NCBI RefSeq assembly: GCF_030684315.1
Contig: NC_081387.1
Coordinates: 6,242,497 to 6,306,496 of the forward strand
DNA from: Stegostoma tigrinum
Lineage: Eukaryota
Direction of reading: 5' to 3'
DNA: 64,000 nucleotides
This document shows, piece by piece, positions 1 through 15,000 of this stretch; the first letter of the stretch is position 1; every line of letters begins with the position of its first letter. The notes under the pieces were generated by a model. It made no database searches and was not told the origin of the DNA. It saw only the letters and a program-made list of their open reading frames with translations. The position numbers and the translations under genes were made by a program.

Positions 1-60
1 GCAGAGGGATGCAACTCATGGCCATCCAGTCAATCCTGTAGGAATCCCCTGGCCTGAGGT
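1..60 (-). CDS. Probable MHC-I gene A connecting-peptide/transmembrane exon (truncated by window edge)
   Basis: Strong acceptor ttgtattctgatttcttcag at 61-80; the phase-1 frame reads [20 protein letters not shown]..., a short stalk entering a hydrophobic stretch. No other TM-like exon was seen between 61 and 8537. Confidence 0.55.
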
Positions 61-3000
61 CTGAAGAAATCAGAATACAAATTTACTGTGGCTCCTCAGA
101 GCAGAGGCCAAGAGCAGTGACTCCATGGGAATCACCAAGTTGCCAAGAATACGGTGTTGACAAAGTAGATCAAAGTGGTTCACGCTTTCAAATGCAAAAA
201 ATGATTTTCAAGGATATAACTGAGACTGGAACATTTAATGGTGATGGGAGGTTCAAATAGGCTGGGACATTTTTCCCCCCCGAGAGAGAGGTGTGACCTT
301 ATAGAGGTTTATAAAATCATGAGGAACACTGATAAGGTAATTAGCAAAAGGCCTTTTACCCCAGGGTAGGGGAGTCTAAAACTAGAGGACATAGGTTTAA
401 GTTGAGAGGGCGAGAGATTTAAAAGGTTCTGACGCACAACCTGTTCTGCACAGAGGGTGATTCGTATGTTGAACAAGCTGCCAAAGGAAATGGTAAATGT
501 GGTTACAATTAAAATGACATTTAAACAGGTACATGGATAGGAAAGATTTTGAGAGATATGGGCCAAACACAGGCAAACGGGGCTAGTTCAGTTTGGGAAA
601 GCTGGTCAGCATGGATAAGTTGGGCCAGAAGGGCCTGTTTCCATGCTGTATGACTATGAATTTGTAATGTCCAACAAATTTTAAACCTTTTTTTATATCT
701 ATGGTCCAATTCCATGTTATTATATTCCATTTCATGATATTGTACATTGATCACGAAACACATACAATCCCGCTTGCTGTGTGAACGACAAATGCAGCTG
801 TATCAGAGATATCTTAATACATACCTTATACAAGATTGTACACTTTAGCTGTTAGCAGCTGACAATGTCCTGCTTTTGTGGGGCTGTTTATGCCATGCTG
901 AAGTTATTCAAACTGAACAGCAAAAGCCAGAAGAAAGAATATTCAAATCAGACACTGGCATACACCCAGAATACAATTGATTCATTTCAATCTTACTTGG
1001 AGGCTTGATGATCACTGGTGGACATTGTTGATTTGAAGCTAGGTCAGCGTTCAGGGTTCAGTGACCCGAACCTCGGCTCCATTCCAAGATCAAAGTATTG
1101 TCACAATGGGCAGAATTATGGGTTGAGCAGCTCAGTTTACAAGTCAGATTTATTCACCAGTACAGATTGATGTCCTCATGTGTCAGAGATAAGCCTCTGG
1201 CAGATGTTTCACTCGCTCAGACTGCAATCTTGAAATTTAGGTGACAGTGATATAGGTTTATGGAATAATTAAACGGTCACAGCACTTAAGGAGGCTGGCC
1301 ATCTGAGGGGAACTCAACTCGTCATACACTCCTGTCCTTTCTTGGTAATGTTTTCTCTGAAGCCGTATATCCACAGGCCTTTTGAAAGTCACAAAGGAAT
1401 CTGTCTCACACTGCTCTGTTAGCTGAAGTGGAAAGGTATCCTCATATTGTTGTTGGCTATTTTGCCATTAATTAGCCTCATAATAGTGATCATCGATTTA
1501 CAGCCCATCCACCATTGGAGCAGTTTCTTCCTTTCAGTATCTGTCTAGGCATAGCATTATTTCAATCACTGCTATCCAGTTACTTCTCTGTATAGACACT
1601 TCCAAGTAGAACATTCCTGTTTTGTTTTTCAGGTAACATAAGAGAACTCACTCATTGCTAGAAACATTCTCACAAACCTTTCTGTGGCCCCTGTGAAGTT
1701 TTCCTCCAAGAAGAACAAAGGTGGGTGCAACAGGACACAATTCTGTCTTGAAACCAAATCTGCATCTTTATAAAATTCCCTCACAAATTCCTTGTTTATT
1801 TGTTCTGCACTTCAGTTTCTAGTGCACAATAGTGCTCATCTTTTTCTAACACCTTTTCCAGCCCACACAATAACATTCAAATGTTGGTGCACATATATCC
1901 CAGGTTTCCTGTTTACCCTTGCCCTTTCTAGAATTCTGCCTTTGTTTTACTATCGTTTCTCATTCTTAGTACCAAAATATATAACTTCACACTTCTCAGC
2001 ATTAAATTCCATCTGTCAATTGTTCGCATTCACCAAAACCTTCATGTCCATTATATGTTACCTTGAATAACTGAAGATGACTCAGAACAAGCTTCCTATG
2101 GTGTTCTAACTTACTTTGTATCAAGTCTTTTTTGATACGGTCTACCATTACTTTGAACGTTATTGTTTTATTTTTGGTGAAACAAACTTTCGTGAGAAAA
2201 TCTTTCCTTGAGAAAACAGCAGTTATTATGCAATAGAAACCAAAAGCCAATTCATAGATCACAGAATCCCTACAGTGTGGAAACAGGCCATTCAGCACAA
2301 CAAGTCCACAGTGAACTCAAGCATCCCACCCAAACCCATCCCTCTAATCTACACTTCCCTGAACAATATGGGCAATTTAGCATGCCCAATCCACCGCGCC
2401 TGCACACCTTTGGACACTGGGAGGAAACCAGAGCACCCAGAGGAAACTCACACAGACGCAGGGAGAATGTGCAAACTCCATACAGAGAGTTGCTAGAGGA
2501 TAGAATTGAACCTTGGCCCCTGGTGTTGTGAGGCAGCAGTGCTACCTACTGAGCCACCGTCACTACCATTTCTGAATGTTGTAAAATCAAGCATAATCAT
2601 GCACATGGGTGAGAAAATATTTTTTGCAAAGTTACTCTGTGATACATTAAAGAAAAACTTGCCTACCTCTTTGTCTCTTCCACCATATAAATATGATAAG
2701 AATAATTGCCAGTGACACCAGTACACCCAAGACAATCAGCCCCACATTTTTGCTGTTCTTCACTTTTCCTTCTGAAAAATATTATACAGCACTTTTGATT
2801 TTAAAATTTTGAATGGAAGGTCAATGACATACATAATCATATAGTCATAACATTGCTCAAGTAATGGGAATGTTTAATATGATTTCTATTCCCATGACAT
2901 GAAGTACACAATTTATTACTGTACTTAGAAACAAGGGAGGGGGAAGGGAGAATAAGTCTGAGGGTAGAAATTAAAAGAAGAAGATGGGGAGGATAAGGCC

Positions 3001-6000
3001 AGAAAAGGAAAAAGAAACAAAAAGAGGGGAAGCAACAAATGAAGGGACACAGAAATGGAGGAGGAGGTACAATTTTATCGGCCAAAAAAAGCTTCTCAAC
3101 TCAAATGATTCAAATGAATGACACGCACTTCTCTGTGCAATGGGCACATCTGCAAACTCTGAAATGTTCGCACTGCATGAGAGAAGGTCAACAGATGACA
3201 CAATCTGCTTGTTGAATCAGAACCTATCAAGAAGGTGCAGCAGTATGCCAGTCATTTGAACGTTCTCCACTGCTGAACAAGATCATAGCTTATCTGACTG
3301 CAATGAGAAATCAGCACAATGGCTCAGTATGATAACTTTTCTGTCCCTGGCTGAACAAGAATCTAACCATCCCTGCCGTAAAAATATTCAAGGACTCTGT
3401 TCCACTACCTTTTCAGGAAGAGAATACCAAACACTTGTGACCGTCCAAGAGAAAAATAAATTTACCTCATGTTAAATTGTTGATGTCTTATTTTCCAAAA
3501 CAGTGAGCTCTAGATCTCAATTCCTCAGAAAAGGGAACATATGCTCCAAATCAAACTTATCATGATCTGATAGGACCTTATATGTTGCAATCACATCATC
3601 ACTTACTCTTTTAACGTGCAGAAGATACGAGACGACTCTGTTCAACTGATCTCAATGAGACACTCCATTTATTTCCAGACATGTTAAAGAGACTCCTCTA
3701 ATGTCACAGCATTGGTGGAGAAATCAGTCAAATCAATAAATGATCTTGCTCCCAAGATAACATTTCAATGAGAGGCCTGCTTTGTTCCATTGAAGCTCAA
3801 TGTGAGCTGGAGGGGCAGCATTTTATTCTACACTCAGGCATTTTACGGCATTCAGGATTCAAATTGAGTTCAATAACTTCAGAGCATAAACACTGTCCTT
3901 CATTTTGATCACATCACCCAACCACATGTCCCCTGTTTGTGTCTTGCTGGATGTGACTCAGAGGTGCAAATTATTTTCTCCTATCCAATGTCTATATCGC
4001 ACTTCAATCACTCCTTTACTACCATAAGCACTCACCTTGTCTTTTGATACAATCACCCTTTACCATCTGTTCAACTTTTCTCTATGCCCACTTTTATCAA
4101 CATGCACAAAAACAATCAATTTGGTTCTAAGGAAGAGCCACTAGACTCAATGTTAACATTCTTACTCTTTCCACAGATTCCGGTAGAACTGCTGAGTTTC
4201 TCCAGCAGTTAAAATATAAATATTAGGATTTGAAGCATCCACGGTATTTTGCATTTATTTGGACTTATTCCAGGTGTTGGTCAGGGAAATCTTATTTCAA
4301 CTGTCACCAATCCATTTACATCCTTCCATAAATAACATGACCAGTAAAAGTGCAGTTTCCAAAGTGTGATTTCTCCTGTGGCCTGGATACTACACACTAT
4401 GTGCAGGAATATGTCATTGAACTCTTTCAGCATGTTCCACTCTGAAATGTGAAGATGCCTGTTTCTCTGCCAGATTCCTGCTTTCTTCCCAAACCCCTTG
4501 ATACTTTCGAATTCTAAAAATGCCTCTCTTTCTTTATTGAGTATATTCAGTGACTGCTCTCCACAGCCTTTTGTAATGGAGGGTTCCACAGGTTCAGGTC
4601 CCCTTGAGTGAAGAAATGTTTCCTCAAATCAGTCCAAAATGATGTACCCTTTATCCTCAGATTGTGTCCTTTGGTTTGAAACTCTCCAACTAGAGTAAAT
4701 ATCCTCACCTAATCCAGTCATTTCAGGCCTGTTAGAATTTTATGTTATCAATAAGATCTCCTCTCATTGTTTATTCTACATGCCTAGTCAAACCATCAAT
4801 GGCAGTCCTGTCATTCCCCAATATCAGCTGAGTAAATTTCCACTGCATTCTCTCTATGGCAAATATATCCTTTCATAGTTAGGGAGACCAAAATTGCAGG
4901 CAAAGCCCAGGTTTGGCCTCACCAATGCCGTGTATAACTGTAGTGGGCTATAGTCCAACAGATTTATTTGGAAATGTTTTCAAGTAAACCTGTTGGACTT
5001 TCACCTGGTGTCATGTGATTTCTGACCTTGTCCATCCCAGTCCAACACTGGCATCTCCACATCATAATTGCAACAGAACGTCACAACTTCTGAAATCAAA
5101 TCCTGTTGCAACGAAGCATTTGCTTTCTGAATTGCCTCTTGCACCTGCCTATTATCATTGACAGCTGTGTCAGACACCCAAATCCTCTCTTACATCCACT
5201 CTTCCCAATATACCATTTAAGTATTACTTTTCTTTCGGTTTTTCACACCGAAGTGTAAAACTTCACATTTATCCATCAGCCATGTGTTTGTTCACTCAAC
5301 TTGTCTAAATCACCTTGACGTCTCTTTGCATCTTCCTCACAACTCACAATCCCATCCAATTTTGCATTGGCAACAAACTTGGAAATGACGCATTCATTTC
5401 GCTCATCCAGATCTTTAATATATAGTGAATAACTGAGGCTGGATACCGAGCCTTGCTACACTATGTGAATCAATGTCTTCTATTCAGCAAACAAGACCCA
5501 TTTTTTCACACTGTGTTTCCTTTCTATCAACTAATTCTTAATCATTGCCAATTTGGAATAAGGCCAATTATGATGGTGTTCGGCAAGAACTTTCAAAAGC
5601 TGACCGGGCGAGGTTATTCTCAGGTGAAAGGGCAGGTGGAAAGGGGGAAGCCTTCCAAACTGAGGTAATGAAAGTTCACAGTCAGAATGTTTCTGTTAAT
5701 GTGAAGAGCAGGGCTGGTGGGTGCAGGGAATGGTGGATGACTAGGGAAATTAATACTCTGGTCAAGAAAAAGAGGAATATGGTTAGTTTTGACAGCAAGG
5801 AGCAAATGAATCCCTTGATGAGTATAAGGGCAGTAGGAGTATACTCAAGGGGGAAATCAGGAGGGAAAAAGGGAGATATGAGATAGCTTTGACAATAAGG
5901 TTAAGGAGAATCCAAGGAGATTCCACAAATACATTAAGGGCAAAAGAGTAACGAGGGAGAGAATGGGGTCCCTTAGAGAATATCAAGACTGTCTATGTGT

Positions 6001-9000
6001 GAAACCGCAGCAGATGGGTGAGATAATAAACAACTGTTTCATTTCAGTGTTTACTGTGGAGAAAGATATGGAAGCTAAAGAACTTGGAGACACAAATGTG
6101 ATCGCATGGAAAGTGTCATTATTACAGTGAAGGTGAAACACATTAAGGTGAATAAATCCCCAGGAACTCATCAAATGTATCGCAGAATTTTGTGAGAAGC
6201 TAGGAAGTGATTGTTGGGCCCCTTGCTGAGATATTTGTATCATCAGTTGCCACAGGTGAAGTGCCAGAAGGTTGTATGGTGGCTAATGTGGTACCATTAC
6301 TCAAGAAAGGTGGGAAGGAAAAGCCAGGGAGCTATAGACTGGTGAGCCTGAAATCAGTCATGGGAAAACTGTAGCAGGGGATTCTGAGGGATAGGATTTA
6401 TATATATTTGGAAAGGCAAGGACTGGGTAAAGATAGTCAACATGGCTTTGCGTGGGCAATCGTGTCTCACTAACTTGATTGTGTATTTTGAACATGCAGC
6501 AAGGACGATTGACGAAGGCGGAGCGTTGGACATAGTCCATATGGACTTCAGCAAGGTATTTGACAAGGTTCAGCCTGGGAGACTGGTTAGCAAAGTTAGG
6601 TCATGTGGAGTTCAGGGAGAGCTCGCAAATTTGGATACAAAATTGGCTCAAAGCTAGGAGACAGAAGGTGGTGGTAAATGGCTGTTTTATTTTGGACTGG
6701 AGGCCTGTGACATGTGGTGTGCCAAATGACTTGGTGCTGGGGCCACTGCTTTTTGTCATTTATATAAATGATTTGGATGAGATTTTAGGATGAATTGTTA
6801 GTGAATTTTCAGATGACACCAAAATTGGTGGTGTGCTGGACAGTGAGGAAGGTTACCTCAGAGTACAACAGGGCTTGATCAGATGAGCCATGTGCTGAGA
6901 AGTGGTCGATGGAATTTAATTGACATAAATGTTGGATTTTCGATTTTTTGTAAGGAAAATCAGAGCAGGAATTACACACTAAATGGTCGTGTCCTGCGAA
7001 GTGTTACCAAACAAAGAGACCTTGGGGTGCTCAGTCATACTTCCTTGAAGGTGTAGTCAGGAGTAGAGAGCGTATTGAAGAGAGAATTTGGTATGTGCCT
7101 TTATTGAACAGAGCATTGAGAATGGGAGTTAGGAGGTCATGTTGTGGCCATACAAGACATTGGTTAGGCCAGTCTTAGAATACTGAATTCAGTTCTGGTC
7201 TCCTTGCTGGAGAAAAGATGCTGCTAAACTTGAAACTGCACAGAAAACTTTTACAAGGATCTTGCTGGGGTTGGAGGGTTTGAGCTCTGGGTAGGCTGGG
7301 GCTATTTTCACTTGAATATCAGAGGCTGAAGGGTAACCTTTGAGGTTTATAAAATCATAAGGGACATGGATAGTATAAATAGTATAGGATCTTTTCCCAG
7401 TGTAGGGGAGTTCCAAAACCTGACAGCACAGGTTTAATGAGCAGGGGGAAAGATATAAAAGGGATGTAAGGGGCAATTCTTTTCACAGACGGCTGTGTGT
7501 GCATAGAATGAACTGCCAGAGGCTGGTATGATTACAACATTTAGAGAGGCATCTATATGGGTACCCGAATAGGAAGGGTTTGAGAGGGAGATCGGCCAAT
7601 TTCTGGCAAATGGATTAATTTAGAATACTTGGTTGGCATGGACGAGACGGACCAAAGGATCTGCTTCTGCGCTTTGCAGCTCTATGGCTCAATATTAGCC
7701 CTACCCCCATCTCATAATCTAAACAAACTTGCCTACTTCTTATCAAAAGCTTTCACAAAATCCAAATACACCCGATTGCTTGCTGATCTATTCTACTAAT
7801 TACATCCTCAAAAAACTCCAGCAGATCTGTTAAATCTAATTTGCATTTCATAAACTCATGCTACCTTTTTTCAATCCTGTTCATGCTTTTATGTTCTTTA
7901 CTCATTTTTTATAACAGATTCCAACATTTTACCCACTCCTGATGTTAGCTTAATTGGTCTCCAATTCTGTTCTTTCTTTCCCTCTCTTTTTAAGTCATGA
8001 GGTTACATTTGACACTCTCCCATCTGTCGGATCTGTTTCAGAGTCAATTGAATTTTGGAAGGTGACCACCAATACATCTAATAGTTTCTGAGCAACTTCC
8101 TTTAGTAATCTGAACTGCAATAACTAAAGGCCAACCTCCTCAATTTTGCATTTAATCACCTTTGCAATAAATGAAAATGTTCCGTTAGCTTTCCTAATAA
8201 CTTACTGCATCTACATACTAATCCTTTGTGATTCATGCACTAGGATACCTGGATCCCTTTGCATTTCACGATTCAGAGAATATGGAATTGTTATTCTTCC
8301 AACCAGAATAGACTAACAACTAATGGGGATGAGGGAGAAACACAGGAGTTGGTCAGGATTTATTTCGTTTAGGAAGTTCTACGGTTACTTACCAGAGCCT
8401 AAATGAAAAATTTTGAAGATTTGTAGGAGAAGCAGAGTTGACCGCGCTCTGATCAGCTTTCAGAGATCCGATTGCTTTGGGGTCTGTGGGCAACACAATA
8501 ATCATTAGTTGAAGGAGGATCCAGCAATAGTGCTTACCCCAAAGGACAGTCTTTCCGCCTGGGAAGCTGATGTGCTCAATATGACAGGCATATTGGCTGC
8601 CATCATATGGGTCGAATTGGAGGGTTGTCTTTAGTTGGAATGTCCCATCTTCATTGGGCAATAACCCAGTAGAGTTTGTCTCATGAGCAGGTTTTCCATT
8701 CTTCAACCAGGTCACGTTGATGGGCTGTGGGTAAAATCCAATCACAATGCATTGTAGAAAAGAGTGGCTGCCACTCTTGGCAATAATGGAGACCTCAGGG
8801 GGAGCTGTATGAAAGAAAGATAATTATTTCAACATCCACACAAATCACACAGTGCATTATTGGAGTCAAGGAAATTACATTTCGCTTTTCCTCCTTTTCT
8901 AAAACTGAATTAGCCACTAGTTAAAATGTATGTGTTTACAGTTCTCGCATGTAAGCCAATGCCTTGCACACCAACAAGCAAATCTACAATCATATTTTTA

Positions 9001-12000
9001 TTGACTTACTTTTTCTGCTTAAAGAGGCATTTCCAATTGAATAGTACGTCTTCCATAGATCTGGACAGTCATTTTCTAACAGGCTCTTGAAATAATGGTT
9101 CATCTTTGTTTCCTTATCCCATTTCTCTTTGAATTCTTTTGCAAACTTATCATGTATAATCCACACCAATGTATCTTTATCAAAACTGAGGATGTATCTG
9201 CCATCAAACGCAAACTTCAAAATCCCTTCATTCGGATCGGCATCATGCAGCTCACAGCCAAACAGTCCTTGCAGGTAATGGGTACCTAAACATTAATTCA
9301 GTCAATGAGCCCTTAAATATTCATTGCATCTGATCAAAACAAATCTGACAATTTTGGTTTATCATTTGATCCTTCATATCCAGCAGTACATTAAACAAGT
9401 GTACAAGCATTATTACACAGGATGATAGAAGTACAGCACAACAGCGAGAGCTTTAACAGTTGCCATCACAGACAGCCCAAGGGTACGGAAAGGCAGGAGA
9501 TGCAGGGAGGTGGGAGCGGGGGTTTGAGATGGAATTCGAGGATGGGGGTGGATGTAGCACTTGAAAGACAAGTGCAGTTAAAGCCACAACCAGCTCATTC
9601 ATAATCTCATTGATGGAGGAGCAGGACTGGTTCAATGGTTTCCTCCATGTATTACATTGCATAGTTGGGCTCAAAACTGCTGTCTGCAGTGATTTTCCTC
9701 TGCTAAATGAATGCATGCATTATGTTCAGTTCTTAATAGTGTTGCAACAATAGTTTTGGTAATCATACAATTGATACTTGGGAGAATTTTCTTAAAATAA
9801 TCCAGATTTTCACTGGTACTCTCAAGTGTCAGGCATGTCCCTTATTAATAATCAGCTGACCCTGGGAAATACCCAGTCTCTGATTTTATCTAATTTTATT
9901 AAACATTTGAATTCATCTATTTCTGTGAAAATACATTTGACTTCACAACTACAATACAGTGCCTCCTTCCAATTCGATCACTCCTCTGCAGCAAGTATTC
10001 TTGCTTAGTTTCTCAAACCACTTGCAGGATTATAAAAGAGCATCTGAGGTTTTCTTTAGGCCAGAGTCCCATATATCCATTTATTGTTTCAGGTGTAATG
10101 CTGCAATCTGCTGTCCATATTTCCCCGATGTTAAAATTAAAAAGTCTCCTGGTAGCTAAGTTCCAATTGAACTAAGTTGAAAAATCAGTGAGCACAATCA
10201 GACAGCCATGCACCCTATTCAGCGACAGTTTGAGTTGCAAATGTGAGGAGGAGGAGTGATAGTTTCTTTAGACTATTAATCCACAAGTGCAGCTAATGTT
10301 CTGGGTATGCAAGGCAGATGTTTGAGTTTGAATTCAACCAAAATATCAGGAAGTCACTGTCAATTCATGAAAAACCCACCTGTTCACTAACATTTTCAGG
10401 GAAGGAGATAAAACTCTCACCACCTGGTCTGGCCTACACGTGACTCCAGACCCACAGTAATGTGGTTGACCCTCAACAGCCCTCTGAAATGGCCCAGGAA
10501 GCCATTTGGGAGTAATCAATCACTATGAAGTCTCAACAAAGAAGACGGAGGTGCTAGGACAGGTGTTCAAGCTCCTGGCTCCTCTATTCACATGACCAAC
10601 TGCACCTTCTTGCAAAAATTTTCAATTTTCTTCGTTTGACTATTGAATCAAATTCATTTTGTTGGATGTGAGTTTGCTCGCTGAGCGGGAAGGTTAGTTT
10701 TCAGACGTTTCGTCATCTTTTTTATTTGAAAAAATATACTTTATTCATAGATGTACAAAATAATAAAACATTTCTGCACCTACCCAGTCATGCAGGCCGC
10801 TCCGGGTTACCCGGGGGTACGTACACCAACTAAAGGAAAAAAACAAAACAGAGAAAAAGAAACAAAAACAAAGAAAAAATTACCCTGGCAGTCGTCTCCC
10901 GCACAGTCCCCGTTGGCCCCCTGACCAATTGGGGAAGGCGCCAGCTGGGCCCAGTTACCAGATAGGATTCTTTTCCCTTTTCTGGACGAGGGGTTTCATA
11001 CGGTGGTCTTTCCCCACCACGCCTTGGCGGCGGCTGCCCCAAGCTTTAGCGCGTCCCTCAGCACGTAGTCCTGGACCTTGGAGTGCGCCAGTCTGCAACA
11101 CTCGGTCGGGGTCAGTTCTTTCAGCTGGAAGACCAGCAAGTTGCGGGCAGACCAAAGAGAGTCTTTCACCGCATTGATGGTCCTCCAGGCGCAGTTGATG
11201 TTGGTCTCGGTGTGCGTCCCGGGAAACAGCCAGTACAGCACGGAGTCCCACGTCACGGAGCTGCTCGGGACGAACCTTGACAAATACCACTGCATCCCCC
11301 TCCAGACCTCCTGCGCATAGGCACACTCCAGAAGGAGGTGATCGACAGTCTCGTCCCCCCCCCTGCAGCCGCCTCGAGGGCAGCGTGTGGTGGCGCAGAG
11401 TTTCCGGGCATGCATAAAGGATCTCATTGGCAGAGCCCCTCTCACCGCCAGCCAAGCAATGTCCTTGAGCTTGTTTGAAAGTTCTGGCGATGAGGCATTC
11501 TGCCAAACAACCTTGGCAGTCTGCGTGGGGAACCATACGACGGGATCCACCCTCTCCTTGTCCCAAAGGGTCTCAAGGATACTATGTGCTGACCACTGCC
11601 TGACGGCCTTGTGGTCAAAGGTGTTTCCTTTCAAAAATTTCTCCACGAAGGACAGGTGGTACGGGACGGTCCAACTACTCAGAGCGTTCCGCGGCAACGA
11701 GGCCAGGCCCATCCTTCGCAACACCGGGGACAGGTAGAACCTCAGTAAGTAGTGACACTTGGTGTTTGCGTACTGAGGATCTACGCACAGCTTGATGCAG
11801 CCGCACACAAAGGTAGCCAACAGGGCGAGGGTGGCATTCGGTACATCCTTCCCCCCATTTTCCAGGTCTTTGTACATGGTGTCCCTGTGGACCCGGTCCA
11901 TCCTCGACCCCCAAATGAAGTGGAAGATGGCCTGGGTGACCGCAGCGGAGCAGGTCCAGGGAATAGGCCAGGCCTGCGCCACATACAACAGTACCGAAAG

Positions 12001-15000
12001 GCCCATCGCACCTGACAACCAGGTTCTTACCCACGATGGAGAGGGACCGGAGCGACAACTGCCCAGCTTCTGCTTCAGTTTGGTGATACCCTCCTCCCAC
12101 ATCTTAGTGCATGCCCCAGCTTCACCGAACCAAACACCCAGCACCTTCAGGTAGTCTGTCCTGACGGTGAAGGGGATGAAGGAGCGGTCGTCCCTGTTCG
12201 CGAAGAACATGGCCTCGCTCTTACCCCTATTGACTTTGGCACCCGAGGCCAGTTCAAACTGGCCGCAGATGTCCAACAGCCTACTCACCGACCGACGATC
12301 AGTGCAGAAGACGGCGACGTTGTCCATGTACAGGGAGGTCTTGACCTGCAGGCCTCCGCTGCGTGGGATAGTCACGCCCTTCAGGCTCACGTCCTTCCTG
12401 ATGGATGTGGCGAAGGGCTCCATACAGCACACGAACAAGTCAGGAGAGAGCGGGCAGCCCTGCCTGACTCCAGATCTGACGGGAAAACTGTCCGATTCCC
12501 ACCCATTGATCGAGACTGCGCTAACGACGTTGGTGTAGACCAGCTGGATCCAATTGTGGATGCCCTCCCCGAATCCCAATTTGGAGATGACGTCCCTCAT
12601 GTAAGCATGAGAGACCCTGTCGAAGGCCTTCTCCTGGTCTAGGCTGACGAGGCAGGTGTCCACCCGCCTGTCCTGTACGTAGGCGATTGTATCCCTGATG
12701 AGCGCGAGGCTCTCAGTGATCTTCCTGCCCGGCACAGCACAGGTTTGGTCAGGGTGAATCACCGACTCCAGGACAGACCTGACCTGGTTGGCTCTGACCT
12801 TGGTCAGGATTTTGTCGTCCACATTCAAAAGTGAAGTGGGACGCCAATTCTTAATTTCTTCCCCCTCCCCCTTCCTCTTGTAAATGAGGGTGATGATGCC
12901 CTTCCTCATGGACTTGGACATTGCCCCTGCCCAAAGCGCACTATCGTACACCTCCAGCAGGTCCTGGCCGACCAGGTCCCAGAGTGCAGAATACAGCTCG
13001 ACCAGTAAGCCGTCACTCCCAGGAGTCTTATTCGTCTCCAAGGACTTGAGGGCTCTGGTCAGCTCATCCAGGGATATCGGCCGGTCCAGCCACTCCCTTG
13101 TGCTGTCATCTAAGAGCTCCGTGATAGACGACAGGGACGACTCAGAGGCCGTGCTGTCCCTGGGCTTCGCGTTGTACAGTCCAGCATAGAAGCATCTGCT
13201 GATCCTCAAAATGTCCGGCCGAGACGATGTCACCGAGCCGTCATCCTCCTTCAGCCAGCTAAGCACAGAGCTCTCTTTGTGCATCTTCTGAAAGAAGAAA
13301 CGCGAGCACGTCTCGTCCTGCTCCACGGAGCGGACCCTGGACCAGAAGATTATCCTGGAGGCCTCCGCGGCGAAGAGCGAGGCTTGCTGGCCCCTCACCT
13401 CGCAGAGGTCCTCCGTGACATCGACCCCCATCGACTGCAGAAGGAGCAGGTTCTGCATCCTTTTCTGGAGTCGCGACAGCTTTCCCCACCGCTCTCTCAC
13501 CTTCCAAACACCCTTGAGGACAAAGAACCTCTTGATGTTCTCCTTCACTGTCTCCCACCAGTCGCCCGGAGACTCAAAGAGGGGTTTCACGGTTCTCCAA
13601 TCAACGTACTCCCTCTTGGGCTCCTCGTTGTTCTCTGGGGTCAACAGAGTCGTGTTGAGCTTCCACGTTCCCTTGCCAGCCTGCTGGTCATCCTGTAAGT
13701 GACAGTCGGCCAGCAGGAGGCAGTGGTCAGAGAAGAACACCGGCTTGACACCGGTGGACCTGACCGAGAACGCCCGTGACACAAACAGGAAGTCTATCCT
13801 TAAGCAGATAGAACCGTCTGGCCGCGACCAGGTGTATCTCCGCTGCGCTCCGTCCTTCACCATGCCCATCAGGAATTTGGATGTGACGTCCAGTTGACTC
13901 CCCCCACCCGCTGTCCCCACGCCGGATCTTCCATTTGCATCGATGATGCAGTTGAAGTCTCCGCCTAGGATGGCCGGCCTGGACGTAGCCAGCAGGGGTG
14001 GAAGCCACTGCAGGACAGCCAACCATTTACTCCGTACCGCTGGGGTTTACACATTGATCAGCCTCAGGGGAGTGTTCCTGTAGGTAACATCAGCCACTAG
14101 GAGGCGCCCCCCACCACCTCCTGAACTTGAGAGATGGTGAAGTTGCGCCCCCGCAGCAGAATAGTCAGGCCCGAGGAGCGACAGTCGTTACCCCCCGACC
14201 AGATCGAAGGCCCACAGGTCCAGGCGCCCGACCATTTCCCGTACCTGCCGAGGTGCGGTATCCCGCACTCCTGCAGAAACAGGAGGCCCGCCTTGATGGT
14301 GGTCAGGTAGGCCAACGTGGATACACATCTTGCGGTGGACTTGACGCTGCGCACATTAATGCTCGCAACTCGTACCCCCATTGTGGGCAGTGACCGCAAT
14401 ACCCTTCCCAAGTCCAAGGTCCAGCCCCTCCATCTGTCCCTTCATGCCAATTGCCCGGGCTAACTGCTGGACGCACTCCGGGCTCAGGAATACGGAGGCA
14501 GGAGAGTCCGGCTCTGGGTCAGGCTGGGGACGCGCTGTTTTCTCCTTCCCACCTGAAGGTTGCGGGGGGCCCTCCAGGTCCCCAGTGGCACGTGGCTGGG
14601 TGTCAGAGGGAGCCGCAGGACGCCTCCCGTCACCTGGAAGCAGGGTGCTGCTTTCCTTCTCCATTGAGATCTTTAGCTTCTGCTTTGGGCGGGCCTCCTC
14701 CGAATCTCCCTCGTCAGAGGAGCTCTTATAGCCCCCCTGTAGCTGCCTCTTCCCGCCTGATGGTTGCGGTACCTGGGCCCACGGGTGCGCCTTCCTCCTC
14801 GCCTTCCGGACCATCGTCCACTCCCCTGGGTCACCTGTCACCTCCTCCATCGACTCCGGGTTGTCGGGGGGGAGCGGAGCCTGCAGGGGCGCTTTGCGGG
14901 CCTCGGGTCCCTCCTGCGGGGCTGGTCCCTCCTGCACGACCTAGACCTCCTGCACATTAGGGGGGTCCTTGCAGGGGCCTGGTGCCTTCCTTTCCTCCAG

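Noticed and set aside
825-912. Exon-like segment on the - strand (good acceptor, AAG|gtatgt donor)
   Set aside because: Stops occur in all three frames and there is no hydrophobic stretch, so it is not gene A's TM exon.
2490-2567. tRNA-like sequence
   Set aside because: It is the tRNA-derived head of a SINE, not a tRNA gene.
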